29,262 nt of DNA from an uncultured delta proteobacterium (GCA_963736855.1 CAVTQK010000011.1:1-29262); one strand, 5' to 3'. Counted from the stretch's first letter, positions 1 through 9,424 are shown. Notes: generated from the sequence alone by a model not told the origin. Numbers and translations: made by a program.

Positions 1-1
1 G

Positions 2-568
2 ACCTTTTTCCCAGACGCCCAGACCGTACTCGATATCGGCGGACAGGACAGCAAGGCCATTGCGCTTTATAAAGACGGCCGGGTCAGGAAGTTTGAGATG
101 AACGATCGGTGTGCCGCCGGCACAGGGAAATTCCTGGAGATCATGGCAAAAACATTGGGGTTTACCGTCGAGGATTTCGGACGGGAAGCGCTTCTTGCGG
201 AAACGGACATCAACATTTCAAGCATGTGTACGGTATTTGCCGAATCCGAAGTGACTTCCCTCATCGCCAGAGGAAAGAACCGGCGGGAAATCGCCAGGGG
301 ATTGCATGCCAGCGTCATCCGCCGGGCAGCCGGAATGATCAGTCGCGTATCATCGGACGGGGGTGTTGTTTTCACAGGAGGTGTAGCTAAAAATCCATGT
401 ATGCGCTGTCTGCTGTCTGAAAAACTGGAGACGCAGATCCTTGTTCCGGATGATCCCCAGATCATCGGCGCTTTAGGTGCCGCTTTGTTGTCAAGGGAAT
501 CCAATAAACGAAACCTACGAACGGGCTTCAATCAAGGAAAAAATTCCGGAAAGGAGGAAACTGTATGA
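2..568 (+). CDS. CoA-substrate-specific enzyme activase (BadF/BadG/BcrA/BcrD ATPase, HgdC/YjiL-like), 5'-truncated by window edge
   Basis: Frame +2 is open from base 2: VLDIGGQDSK...FEMNDRCAAGTGKFLE, ISSMCTVFAESEV, VFTGGVAKN, GALGAAL, the ASKHA ATPase and [4Fe-4S] Cys motifs of 2-hydroxyacyl-CoA dehydratase activators. Confidence 0.92.
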   Translation, partial: TFFPDAQTVLDIGGQDSKAIALYKDGRVRKFEMNDRCAAGTGKFLEIMAKTLGFTVEDFGREALLAETDINISSMCTVFAESEVTSLIARGKNRREIARGLHASVIRRAAGMISRVSSDGGVVFTGGVAKNPCMRCLLSEKLETQILVPDDPQIIGALGAALLSRESNKRNLRTGFNQGKNSGKEETV

Positions 569-774
569 AGTACGGTGCGAGAAACAGAATCAAGGCAAAT
601 GTCAAGTCCGTCAAAAGCGATGAAATCATGTCGCTGGTGAAATTCAATGTGACAACACCTGCTGAGATGGCTTCTGTCCTGACCACGGAATCCATTAACG
701 ATCTCAACCTGAAACCCGGGGATGAAGTCGAACTGATTATCAAAGCGATCCATGTATTGCCGGTTAAACTGTGA
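565..774 (+). CDS. mop: TOBE-domain molybdate/tungstate-binding protein (Mop/molbindin)
   Basis: 69 aa, MKYGARNRIKANVKSV...SVLTTESINDLNLKPGDEVELIIKA matches the Mop pattern (SARN..G.V; S.IT..S...L.L..G..V...IKA); SD GGAGG; ATGA overlap with the activase stop. Confidence 0.9.
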   Translation: MKYGARNRIKANVKSVKSDEIMSLVKFNVTTPAEMASVLTTESINDLNLKPGDEVELIIKAIHVLPVKL

Positions 775-911
775 GAATGCAGCGCAAAATTTTTCTTTTG
801 CCGTTTTCCGTCATGGTATTTCAAATCTGTCGGAATATTCATTCAGATAACAAAGAACCGCTTGCATCAGTATGAGAAAAAAGAAGACAAAAAAACAGGA
901 GGAGGAATTTC

Positions 912-2004
912 ATGCCGGTAAAAAATTTATTTGCCACACGATGGGGAATCATCGGAGTCGGAGGGATCATCGGAATTTTGGCTCCGTTGCTTCAGAAACT
1001 GGGGAATCCCGGAAATATGGGGATTTGCGTGGCCTGCTTTGAACGGGATATTGCAGGCTCCATCGGACTTCACCGCGCGGATGTCGTTCAGTACATGCGC
1101 CCGGAGATCATCGGCTTTGTACTCGGGTCGCTGATCGCCGCCTACATTTTTAAGGAATTTCGACCAAGGGTCGGGTCGGCGCCCATCGTCCGTTTCGTTT
1201 TGGGGGCATTTGCCATGATCGGGGCCCTTGTCTTTTTGGGGTGTCCCTGGCGTGCCGTACTGCGCCTTGCCGGCGGAGACGGGAATGCCATTCTCGGTGT
1301 GCTGGGTCTGACCTTCGGCATCTGGATCGGCACGCTTTTTCTGAAAAACGGATACAACCTGGGGCGCACCCAGAGCACATATCCGACGGTGGGATGGATG
1401 CTGCCGTTGACCATGCTGGGATTTTTGGCGTTATTGATCGTCTTTCCGCAAATCCCCAATGAAGCTAAAAGCGGCGTCCTGTTTTATAGCCTTAAGGGTC
1501 CCGGTTCCATGCACGCCCCTTTGATTGGTGTCTTTGATCGTGGGTCTTGGCATCGGATTTCTGGCACAACGCAGCCGTTTTTGCACCATGGGCGCCATTC
1601 GAGATGCCGTGCTGTTCGGCCAGATGCATCTTTTGAGCGGGTTCATCAGCCTGGTCGTTTTCGCCTTTTTAACCAACCTGGTTTTAGGACAGTTTAATCC
1701 GGGCTTTGCCGGCCAACCGGTGGCCCACACCATGCATATCTGGAACTTTTTAGGCATGGCCCTGGCCGGCCTCGCTTTTGCCCTGGCCGGCGGATGCCCC
1801 GGCCGCCAGCTTTTTCTTTCCGGCGAAGGGGACGGCGATGCCGCCGTTTTTGTATTGGGAATGATCGTAGGGGCTGGATTCGCCCACAACTTCGGCCTGG
1901 CCAGTTCACCGAGCGGTGTGGGTCCCTACGGAATACCCGCGGTGATCATCGGGTTTTTGGTTTGCCTGTTTATCGGATTTACAATGAGAAAAAAAACGGC
2001 ATAG
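912..2004 (+). CDS. yedE: YedE-family putative selenium/sulfur transporter (one frameshift near 1525)
   Basis: Joined ORFs 912..1697 and 1525..2004: GNPGNMGICVACFERDIAG, FLGCPWR, QRSRFCTMG and GGCPGRQL motifs; multiple hydrophobic helices; strong SD GGAGGAGG. Confidence 0.9.
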
Positions 2005-2014
2005 GAGGTGACAC

Positions 2015-2233
2015 ATGGCGACAACCGTCGATGCAAGAGGGCTTTCCTGCCCTCAACCGGTGATCATGACGCTGAATGAGATCAAAACCGGAAAAGACAA
2101 AGATATTATCGTGCTGGTAGATACGGATACCTCCAAGGAAAATGTGACCCGCGCAGCCGAAAGTCAAGGATGCCGAGTCAAGGATGTATCCCCTGACGGA
2201 GAGGGATACCGTATCTCGATTACAAAGGATTAA
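2015..2233 (+). CDS. yedF: SirA/TusA/YedF-family sulfur/selenium carrier
   Basis: 72 aa with VDARGLSCPQPV (CPxP) motif; SD GGAGG; directly downstream of yedE. Confidence 0.9.
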   Translation: MATTVDARGLSCPQPVIMTLNEIKTGKDKDIIVLVDTDTSKENVTRAAESQGCRVKDVSPDGEGYRISITKD

Positions 2234-2235
2234 GC

Positions 2236-2784
2236 ATGCTGAAATTTTTCAGAAAAGAAAAGCCGGATCATCCTGCAAAAGACAAGAAACCATCCGCAGA
2301 CCGAGGCATTCTGGTTTTTGAAAATACCAGCGAGGTCATACAGGCGGAAAATGTCTTGAAAAGATCCGGCTGGAGGGTTCGGGTGATGGGGCCGCCCCCG
2401 GAAATTCAAAGCGGTTGCGATCTGGTCATTGAATTTCCGCTGATTGAAGAACTCAATATTCTTCGAGAACTCCGTCATGCCCATATTCCACCCCTTTCCG
2501 TTGTTCCGGTTACGGCGCCGCTGCTTGCACCCGTCGATCTTTTTCATACCAAGGATTTCGGTGATTATTTGATGGTCCGGGCGGCCAACATGAAAATCAC
2601 CGTTGCCAAAAATGGCTTGAAAATTGTGAACATCTCAGGAGGCGGATGTCCGGATGTGCCCTTTTTGGCACGGCAAATGGTGGGAAAAACTCTTGCCGAA
2701 GCTCCGAAACCCAGGGATTTGGGGCATACCCTGTGCGGATATGCTCTTCGATCTCGCCTACGAGGAGTTATTCGAAAATGTTAG
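2236..2784 (+). CDS. DUF3343-domain protein with C-terminal Cys-containing extension (probable compensating indels near 2750-2770)
   Basis: LVFENTSEVIQAENVLK...MGPPPEIQSGCDLVIEF fits DUF3343 (F..T..A..AE..L; P.P..I..GCG); C-terminal half has GGGCPDVP and TLCGYAL; typical yedE/yedF neighbour. Confidence 0.75.
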   Translation: MLKFFRKEKPDHPAKDKKPSADRGILVFENTSEVIQAENVLKRSGWRVRVMGPPPEIQSGCDLVIEFPLIEELNILRELRHAHIPPLSVVPVTAPLLAPVDLFHTKDFGDYLMVRAANMKITVAKNGLKIVNISGGGCPDVPFLARQMVGKTLAEAPKPRDLGHTLCGYALRSRLRGVIRKC

Positions 2785-3666
2785 GCATTGTCGGTACGGT
2801 TCCGGATCTCCAGTTTCCCCTGACCCACGGATCGGTTCGTTTCACGGACGGCAGTATCGATCATTCAAGGCTTGAAAGTTCCCATCAACCGGGGTACACC
2901 CGCGCTCGTTGCCGCAGCGATAAAGGCGTCCGAATGGATCGACGGCCCGAAGATATATGCTTTTCTTGTCGGCGATATCGGCAGAGGAGTAGGGCAGTCG
3001 GGAGCTTTATCGATTTTTGACAAGTCATTTGTCTGAATTCGATTTCAAGGTATTGACCTTTCACTATCTCCAACCGGATGTCGACTGGCACAACAGGGTG
3101 CTGTTTTGCATCGAAGCCATGGAGCGGCGTCCGATTCTTATCGCCGACGCCGGATTCATGTATGCAGCAAAAATGAGCGGGCAGGCCGCCGCTTATGATT
3201 TTTTCACCCCGGATGTCGGGGAATTGGCGTTTCTTGCCGATGAGATGGCCCCGCATCCTTTCTACACCCGAGGATTCATCCTCCATAAAAACAACAATGT
3301 GCCGGATTTGATCCAACGGGCTTATCTGCATCAAAACGCCGCTCGATACTTATTGGTGAAAGGGCAACCGGACTTTATCGCCGACGAGCGAGGAGTAATC
3401 GAAACCGTGGATCAGCCGTCTTTTGATGCCATGGAGGCCATCGGCGGCACCGGAGATACTCTGACAGGACTTTTGTCGGTCCTCTCCTGCACAAATGCAG
3501 AATCCCGTGGAAGCCGCAGTTATCGGCAGCGAAAGCCAACCGCTGGACCGGATATTTCGCCAATCCGGATCCAGCTACTCAAGTGGCTGTCTTGATTGAT
3601 AAAATCCCACAGGCATTGTCAAAAGTCCTGGGTGCATCGCATTTGGGGGACAAAATAGGAAATTGA
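2778..3666 (+). CDS. Ribokinase-fold / NAD(P)H-hydrate dehydratase (YjeF-C)-like protein of unknown function (frameshifts near 2865, 2995, 3500-3530)
   Basis: Reconstructed across frames: MLGIVGTVPD...VPINRGTPALVAAA...LVGDIGRG...LTFHYLQPD...LIADAGFMYAAKMSG...FTPDVGELAFLADE...LLVKG...EAIGGTGDTLTG...AKANRWTGYFANPDPATQV...GN*, stop TGA 3664-3666; GGTGD anion-hole motif of the ribokinase superfamily. Confidence 0.72.
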
Positions 3667-3668
3667 TT

Positions 3669-4466
3669 TCAGTTTTGCATCAACGCCTCTATCCGGGGAA
3701 TATCTATAGGAAGATCTACCTCGGGAGAATCGTGGCGGGTCACGACCACTTTAATTTTGTAGCCGTGTTCGAGGACTCTCAATTGTTCCAGCTTTTCGAT
3801 TTTTTCCAGATTCCCTTGGGGCAGATTCCGAAAAATTTCCAGAAAATCGGTGGTATACGCATAGATCCCCAGGTGTTTATAGATGGGGAAAACGGCTCCG
3901 GAATCCCGGCTGAAAGGAATCGGAGATCTCGAAAAATAAAGGGCAAACCCGTCGGTATCGAACACGACCTTGACATCTTTTGGATCGGTAATCTCCCTGG
4001 GGTCGACGATGGCAAAGGCCAGGGTTGCCATTTTAACCTTTGGGTCTTGAAGCACGGGTTCAATCACTTCAGCGACAGATTCGGGATGAATCAAGGGTTG
4101 GTCCCCCTGGATGTTGATGACGATATCATCTCCCCGAAGACCCAACTGTACCGCCGTCTCGGCCACTCGGTCCGTTCCGGAACGGTGATCCGGCGAAGTC
4201 ATCATCGACCGTCCCCCAAAAGCGCTCACAGCATCGGCGATCCGCAGGTCATCCGTGGCGATCACCACATCCGCCACAACCCGGCTGGATCGGACCCGCT
4301 CATAAACCCTTTGGATCATCCGCTTGCCTGAAATCATGGCCAGAGGCTTCCCTTCAAAACGGGTGGAAGCGTATCGGGAGGGTATGACAGCGACGATCTT
4401 TCTTAAAAAAGCTGTTTTCAAGAGCCCTTCTCTTCCAAAAAGCATCCAATAGGTTACAGATGTCAT
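3669..4466 (-). CDS. kdsB: 3-deoxy-manno-octulosonate cytidylyltransferase (CMP-KDO synthetase); true start may be up to ~60 nt downstream
   Basis: VIPSRYASTRFEGKPLA, SGTDRVAE, NIQGDQP, ALYFSRSPIP, HLGIYAY and LEKIEKLEQLRVLE motifs. Confidence 0.96.
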   Translation of the reverse strand: MTSVTYWMLFGREGLLKTAFLRKIVAVIPSRYASTRFEGKPLAMISGKRMIQRVYERVRSSRVVADVVIATDDLRIADAVSAFGGRSMMTSPDHRSGTDRVAETAVQLGLRGDDIVINIQGDQPLIHPESVAEVIEPVLQDPKVKMATLAFAIVDPREITDPKDVKVVFDTDGFALYFSRSPIPFSRDSGAVFPIYKHLGIYAYTTDFLEIFRNLPQGNLEKIEKLEQLRVLEHGYKIKVVVTRHDSPEVDLPIDIPRIEALMQN

Positions 4467-4539
4467 GGATACCTTATTTCTTGAGTTTTAAATAATCCCG
4501 AAAAGGTTGTAAAGAGGAATAACCGATTTCGCTTTTTAT

Positions 4540-4567
4540 TTGACAGCCGGCGTCGTGCTGTTATATT
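4540..4567 (+). promoter_or_regulatory. Sigma70-type promoter for the CoA-activase gene
   Basis: TTGACA (4540-4545), 16-nt spacer, extended -10 TGtTATATT (-10 at 4562-4567). Confidence 0.55.
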
Positions 4568-4635
4568 TAGCCCGCGTTGAATCGACCGACAAATTCATCT
4601 GACCCAATCGATATCGATATCGTCGCAAATCCCCC

Positions 4636-7600
4636 ATGAAGAAAAAGACAATCGAATCCATCCTTGGCCCGCCGTCCGGGTCATCCAAACCAATGAGAAC
4701 CCTGGGCATTTGTCTGGGTGCTTCCACCGTCTCTGTCGTGGAGGTCGAATGGGTTCCTGAAAAGCGCGAAAACTCTTCGGAAACGTTATCTTGGCTCAAA
4801 CCAAGGGCTTTGCGCCATTTTCTTTTTCCTCACGAGGGAAACCCAAAAGAGACCCTCGTAAACGCACTGAAATCCGTGGACCCGTATCAATTCGATCGTA
4901 TCGCGGCCACAGGAAGACGCTTCAGAAAATTCGTCAACCTCACCTCTATCCCCGAGCCTGAAGCAGTGGAACACGCTTATCGCTTTGTGAAACCACCCGA
5001 CGTGGATTGTCCGGCAGTTGTATCCGCCGGCGGAGAGACCTTCATGATCTACGTCCTGAACAAGAACGGCGAAATCGCAAATGTTCTGACCGGGAACAAG
5101 TGCGCCTCGGGTACGGGAGAGTTCTTTCTCCAGCAGTTGCGGCGGATGAACGTCACCCTTGATGAAGCCGCCCAGTTTGCCGCCACGGAATCGGTCCATC
5201 ATGTGTCGGGCCGGTGTTCCGTTTTCTGCAAATCCGACTGTACCCATGCCACCAACAAAGGAATTCCGCGCTCGCAGGTCACCGCCGGCCTGTGTAAAAT
5301 GATGGCCCATAAGATCATTGAACTGCTCAAAAAAGTCGAAAAAAGAAACATCATGATCACCGGCGGCACCGCCAAAAACCAAATGATGGTTTCGTACCTC
5401 AAACAAGAAATTCCGGATCTGATCGTCCCGGAGGAGGCGCCGTTTTTTGAAGCCCTGGGTGCGGCCCTGTGGTCTCTGACCCACGAAACCCTGCCCTTCC
5501 CCGGCTTTTCGGGACTGATCCGGGAGGAAGTCAGCACATTCGACACCTTGCCGCCGCTGAGCCAATTTTCCAATCGCGTTACCTTCAAGACCCTCGAAAT
5601 GGGAACTCCTGAACTCGGAGATGTCTGTATCTTAGGGCTCGACGTGGGTTCCACAACCACCAAAGCGACCCTTGTCCGGACCCGGGACCATGCCATTCTG
5701 GCCTCCGTCTATCTGCGTACTTCCGGCGATCCGGTCGGTGCCTCACGGAAATGTTACCGCCATATTCTGGAGGAAATCCAAAAGCATGTGGATCCATCCC
5801 AAATACGGATTGAAGGACTGGGTGTATGCGGGTCCGGGCGTCAGATCGCCGGCCTGCATGCCTTGACCGACGGTGTTATCAACGAAATCATCGCCCATGC
5901 CGCAGCCGCCGTCCATTTCGACCCGGGGGTGGACACGATCTTTGAAATCGGCGGCCAGGACGCCAAATACACCTATATTACCAACGGCGTCCCTTCGGAT
6001 TACGCCATGAACGAGGCCTGCTCCGCAGGCACCGGTTCTTTCCTGGAGGAATCGGCTTTAGAAACTCTGGGAATACCCATGGAGGCCATCGCAGATATCG
6101 CCCTTTCCGGCCAACAGCCCCCCAACTTCAATGATCAATGCGCCGCCTTTATCTCTTCGGATATCAAGAATGCCATCCACGAGGGCATCAAGCGCGAAGA
6201 CATCGTTGCTGGACTCGTCTATTCCATCTGCATGAATTACACCAACCGGGTCAAAGGAAATCGCCCGGTGGGAGAAAAGGTCTTCATGCAAGGCGGCGTC
6301 TGTTATAATCGAGCGGTGCCCCTGGCCATGGCCTCCTTGGTGGGAAAACCGATCATTGTGCCGCCGGAGCCAGGCCTCATGGGAGCTTTCGGGGTCGCTC
6401 TGGAGGTTGAAAAAAGGATCGAAAGCGGCCTGATGAAGAAAAGCCGGGTGGATCTTGCCGTACTGGAAAACCGGGAAGTCATCTACCGGAAATCCTTCAC
6501 TTGTAAAGGAGGAAAGTCAAAATGCGACCGACGTTGCCGGATCGCCGTCATTCAGTTGGAAGGGAAAACGTATCCTTTCGGCGGTGCCTGCAACCGGTAT
6601 TATAATTTACGACACAACATCCAATACGATGTCGAAAGACTCGACCATGTACGACATCGGCAAAGGCTGGTGTTCGAAAAATACGGAATATCGACGGATT
6701 CAGGAAGAGACGGACACCCCAGGGGAAGAGTCGGACTCAACCGTAGTTTTCTGATCCATACGTATTTTCCACTCTATGCCGCCTTCTTTTCCAACCTGGG
6801 ATTTCAACCGGTGATCCCGAAAGCTCCTTCTCAGCAAGGCATCGACCAGAGAGGGGCTCCATTCTGCTATCCCGTTGAGCTTGCCCACGGCTTTTTTCAT
6901 ACCCTCATCGAGTCCGAAGACGTCCCGGAATTTATTTTTCTTCCCCATTTCAAGGCGGTCCCGCTTTTGGAGGAAAATTCAGGTTCCCAGGTCTGCCCTC
7001 TGGTTCAGGGAGAAACATACTACCTTCGCAGCACGTTCAAAAGGCGGCTGGAGCATCTGAAGCAAAATGGAGTCAGGCTGTTGACGCCGGTCATCGACCT
7101 GACTTCCGGCATCGAGGCTGCCCGAGGCCCTCTGATCCAAAGCGCTAAAATGATGGGTGTTTCAAAAGCCCTGGCCGAAGAGTCATTTCAAAGCGCCCTG
7201 GGAGTGCAGAAGGCCTTCCTGGAAGAAATTCAGGCCAAGGGAAAAATGTTGCTCAAGGAACTCGAATCGGATCCCGAAAAGATGGCCGTGGTACTTTTCG
7301 GTCGGCCCTACAACGCCTTTGCGGACGAAGCCCACATGGGGATACCCCACAAGCTGGCATCCAGGGGGGTGACGGTGATTCCCTTGGATTTCCTCCCCAT
7401 CGATGAGGAAATTTCCAAGCGACACATGTACTGGGGGATGGGCCAGCTCATCCTGAAGGCGGCCCGGTTCGTGAAGAACCATCCTCAGCTTTTCGGAACC
7501 TATATCACCAACTTCAGCTGCGGCCCTGATTCTTTCCTGATCGGATATTTCCGGGAAAACATGGGGCGCAAACCCTCCCTGACCCTGGAACTCGACAACC

Positions 7601-9051
7601 ACACGGCCGACGCGGGATTGGAAACCCGCATCGAAGCCTTCCTGGATATCGTGACGGCCTATCGCCAGTTGATGGCCCGTAAGCAGATTCCAGCCAACCG
7701 AAAGACCTTTAACCCTTCCAAGGTCACGCTTGAAAACGGAAAGCCCCATGTCGTTACTTCAGACGGAGAAAAGATCCCTATGACGGACCCAAGGGTGTGT
7801 CTGCTCTTTCCTTCCATGGGGAATCTGGCTTCCGAGTCCATCACCGCCATATTTCAGGGAAGCGGGTACCACACCAAGGCCCATCCCCCATCCGATGAGG
7901 CCGTACTCAAGCTGGGCCGGGCCAACACCACCTGTAAAGAATGCCTTCCCTTGATCCTGACCACCGGCACCCTGCTTAACTACATCCAAAATGAAAAAAA
8001 AGACGGGGAAATCCTGGTTTATTTCATGCCCACAGGCTCGGGTCCTTGCCGATTCGGCCAGTATGCCATTTTCATGGAAGATTTGATTCAACGGTTCGAA
8101 ATTCCCAATGTGGCCGTCATGTCCCTATCTTCGGACAATGCTTACATGGGAATCGAAAACGGTTTTCAAAAAAGAGGATGGTGGTCGGTCGTTATTTCAG
8201 ATGCCATGGAAGACATCCGTTCCATGCTCCTGGCCAATGCCAAAGACCCGAAGGGGGCCATGATTTGCTTTCACGAAGAGTGGATAAAAATCCTGGATGC
8301 CTTACGAACCGGTGCGTACCCCCGGATCCGGAACCAGCTATCGGAAACCGCCAGGCGATTAAGGTCCATTCCGGTCAAACTGCCGGCAGAAGAAGTGCCT
8401 ACCATCGCCCTGTCCGGAGAAATCTTTGTTCGACGTGATCATCTTTCGCGTCAGTTCATCACGGAACGGCTGGCCGAAAACGGGTTTGCCGTCATATGCT
8501 CTCCGGTTGCCGAATGGATGCGCTATTCCGATTTCACCCTCAAAAAAGGCTACAGCAGCTATATCCCGTCATTCAAGGAAAGGCTGGGTATTTTCATCAA
8601 GGAACTCCACATGAACCGCTATGAACGGGGATTCAAGAATACCCTTGCCCGGTCCGGACTCCTGGCGCCAACGATGCTCGATATCGAAAAAGTCATCCGG
8701 GCCGCCACACCCCACATCGCGGCGGATCTGGCCGGAGAAGCGGTCTTGACTGTAGGAAGCGCCCTGTTGGATATCGCCGGCCATGCATGCGGTGTGATCG
8801 CCATCGGCCCCTTCGGATGCATGCCCAACCGCCTTTCCGAGGCTATCCTTTCCGAAAACATGACCCGGGAAGGAAAACTGCAGACCGATCCGGGGAATCC
8901 CCGATTAAAAGCAATTCTTGCGGACGTTGAAGACCTTCCCTTTCTGGCCATCGAAAGCGACGGCTCCCCGTTTCCACAGCTCATCACCGCCAAGCTGGAA
9001 GCCTTTTGTCTCCGGGCCAGAAGACTCCACGAACGGATGCACAAGGCCTAA
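4636..9051 (+). CDS. Large multidomain CoA-activase: two BcrAD/BadFG ATPase domains plus DUF2229 and a 2-hydroxyacyl-CoA dehydratase-like region
   Basis: 1471 aa intact ORF; GNKCASGTGEF...SGRCSVFC; second ATPase LGLDVGSTTTK...EIGGQDAKY...MNEACSAGTGSF...QCAAF; FCYPVELAHG, QVCP, NFSCGPDSF, ECLP, GPCRFGQY, GPFGCMPN motifs. Confidence 0.9.
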   Translation: MKKKTIESILGPPSGSSKPMRTLGICLGASTVSVVEVEWVPEKRENSSETLSWLKPRALRHFLFPHEGNPKETLVNALKSVDPYQFDRIAATGRRFRKFVNLTSIPEPEAVEHAYRFVKPPDVDCPAVVSAGGETFMIYVLNKNGEIANVLTGNKCASGTGEFFLQQLRRMNVTLDEAAQFAATESVHHVSGRCSVFCKSDCTHATNKGIPRSQVTAGLCKMMAHKIIELLKKVEKRNIMITGGTAKNQMMVSYLKQEIPDLIVPEEAPFFEALGAALWSLTHETLPFPGFSGLIREEVSTFDTLPPLSQFSNRVTFKTLEMGTPELGDVCILGLDVGSTTTKATLVRTRDHAILASVYLRTSGDPVGASRKCYRHILEEIQKHVDPSQIRIEGLGVCGSGRQIAGLHALTDGVINEIIAHAAAAVHFDPGVDTIFEIGGQDAKYTYITNGVPSDYAMNEACSAGTGSFLEESALETLGIPMEAIADIALSGQQPPNFNDQCAAFISSDIKNAIHEGIKREDIVAGLVYSICMNYTNRVKGNRPVGEKVFMQGGVCYNRAVPLAMASLVGKPIIVPPEPGLMGAFGVALEVEKRIESGLMKKSRVDLAVLENREVIYRKSFTCKGGKSKCDRRCRIAVIQLEGKTYPFGGACNRYYNLRHNIQYDVERLDHVRHRQRLVFEKYGISTDSGRDGHPRGRVGLNRSFLIHTYFPLYAAFFSNLGFQPVIPKAPSQQGIDQRGAPFCYPVELAHGFFHTLIESEDVPEFIFLPHFKAVPLLEENSGSQVCPLVQGETYYLRSTFKRRLEHLKQNGVRLLTPVIDLTSGIEAARGPLIQSAKMMGVSKALAEESFQSALGVQKAFLEEIQAKGKMLLKELESDPEKMAVVLFGRPYNAFADEAHMGIPHKLASRGVTVIPLDFLPIDEEISKRHMYWGMGQLILKAARFVKNHPQLFGTYITNFSCGPDSFLIGYFRENMGRKPSLTLELDNHTADAGLETRIEAFLDIVTAYRQLMARKQIPANRKTFNPSKVTLENGKPHVVTSDGEKIPMTDPRVCLLFPSMGNLASESITAIFQGSGYHTKAHPPSDEAVLKLGRANTTCKECLPLILTTGTLLNYIQNEKKDGEILVYFMPTGSGPCRFGQYAIFMEDLIQRFEIPNVAVMSLSSDNAYMGIENGFQKRGWWSVVISDAMEDIRSMLLANAKDPKGAMICFHEEWIKILDALRTGAYPRIRNQLSETARRLRSIPVKLPAEEVPTIALSGEIFVRRDHLSRQFITERLAENGFAVICSPVAEWMRYSDFTLKKGYSSYIPSFKERLGIFIKELHMNRYERGFKNTLARSGLLAPTMLDIEKVIRAATPHIAADLAGEAVLTVGSALLDIAGHACGVIAIGPFGCMPNRLSEAILSENMTREGKLQTDPGNPRLKAILADVEDLPFLAIESDGSPFPQLITAKLEAFCLRARRLHERMHKA

Positions 9052-9163
9052 TCGGTACCCGTCGATGGATGACGGCTTCGTGTCGGGTGACGGGTAGCTG
9101 CGGTCTCATCAACTCGTGAAATCCGCCGGTCAGCGGTTCATTTCCCCTTTTTATGAATCTGAA

Positions 9164-9183
9164 TTGTATCAATATTGACATAA
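9164..9183. promoter_or_regulatory. Candidate ModE-family operator overlapping a TTGACA -35 element
   Basis: TTGTATC-aatatt-GACATAA; 9162-9185 is a 20/24 palindrome; same architecture as sites at 11584 and 17176. Confidence 0.6.
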
Positions 9184-9424
9184 TTAAATCCATATCCTAT
9201 GAAGGACGGCTGTAGGCATCCGGAATGAACAGCGATTCCTCGGCTGAAGAAACCGGCAGGGAGCCGCCGACTTCATTCCCATGGCTTAGGGCATCGATTT
9301 ATGGATCGATCGAATCAGCGGTGGGGAGTTTTTCTCTTTAGCGGCCGGCATGACGTGAACCCGCTTGGAACACCAACCGATGATGGTGGGTATCCTTAAC
9401 CATTACTGCTGAAAAGGAGCTTCA

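Noticed and set aside
772..3666. Additional selenocysteine read-through at the TGA stops of mop (772-774) and the kinase-like gene (3664-3666)
   Set aside because: Both fall at expected C-termini and not at Cys-equivalent positions; no SECIS-like hairpin follows, and the kinase stop abuts convergent kdsB.
9056..9096. Terminator after the large activase gene (TACCCGTC/GACGGGTA)
   Set aside because: Large irregular interior and no adjacent U-tract; too weak to call.
9190..9424. tRNA-Sec, or a known Moco/Wco riboswitch
   Set aside because: No cloverleaf, UCA anticodon arm or T-loop; the conserved Moco RNA words were not found in order.
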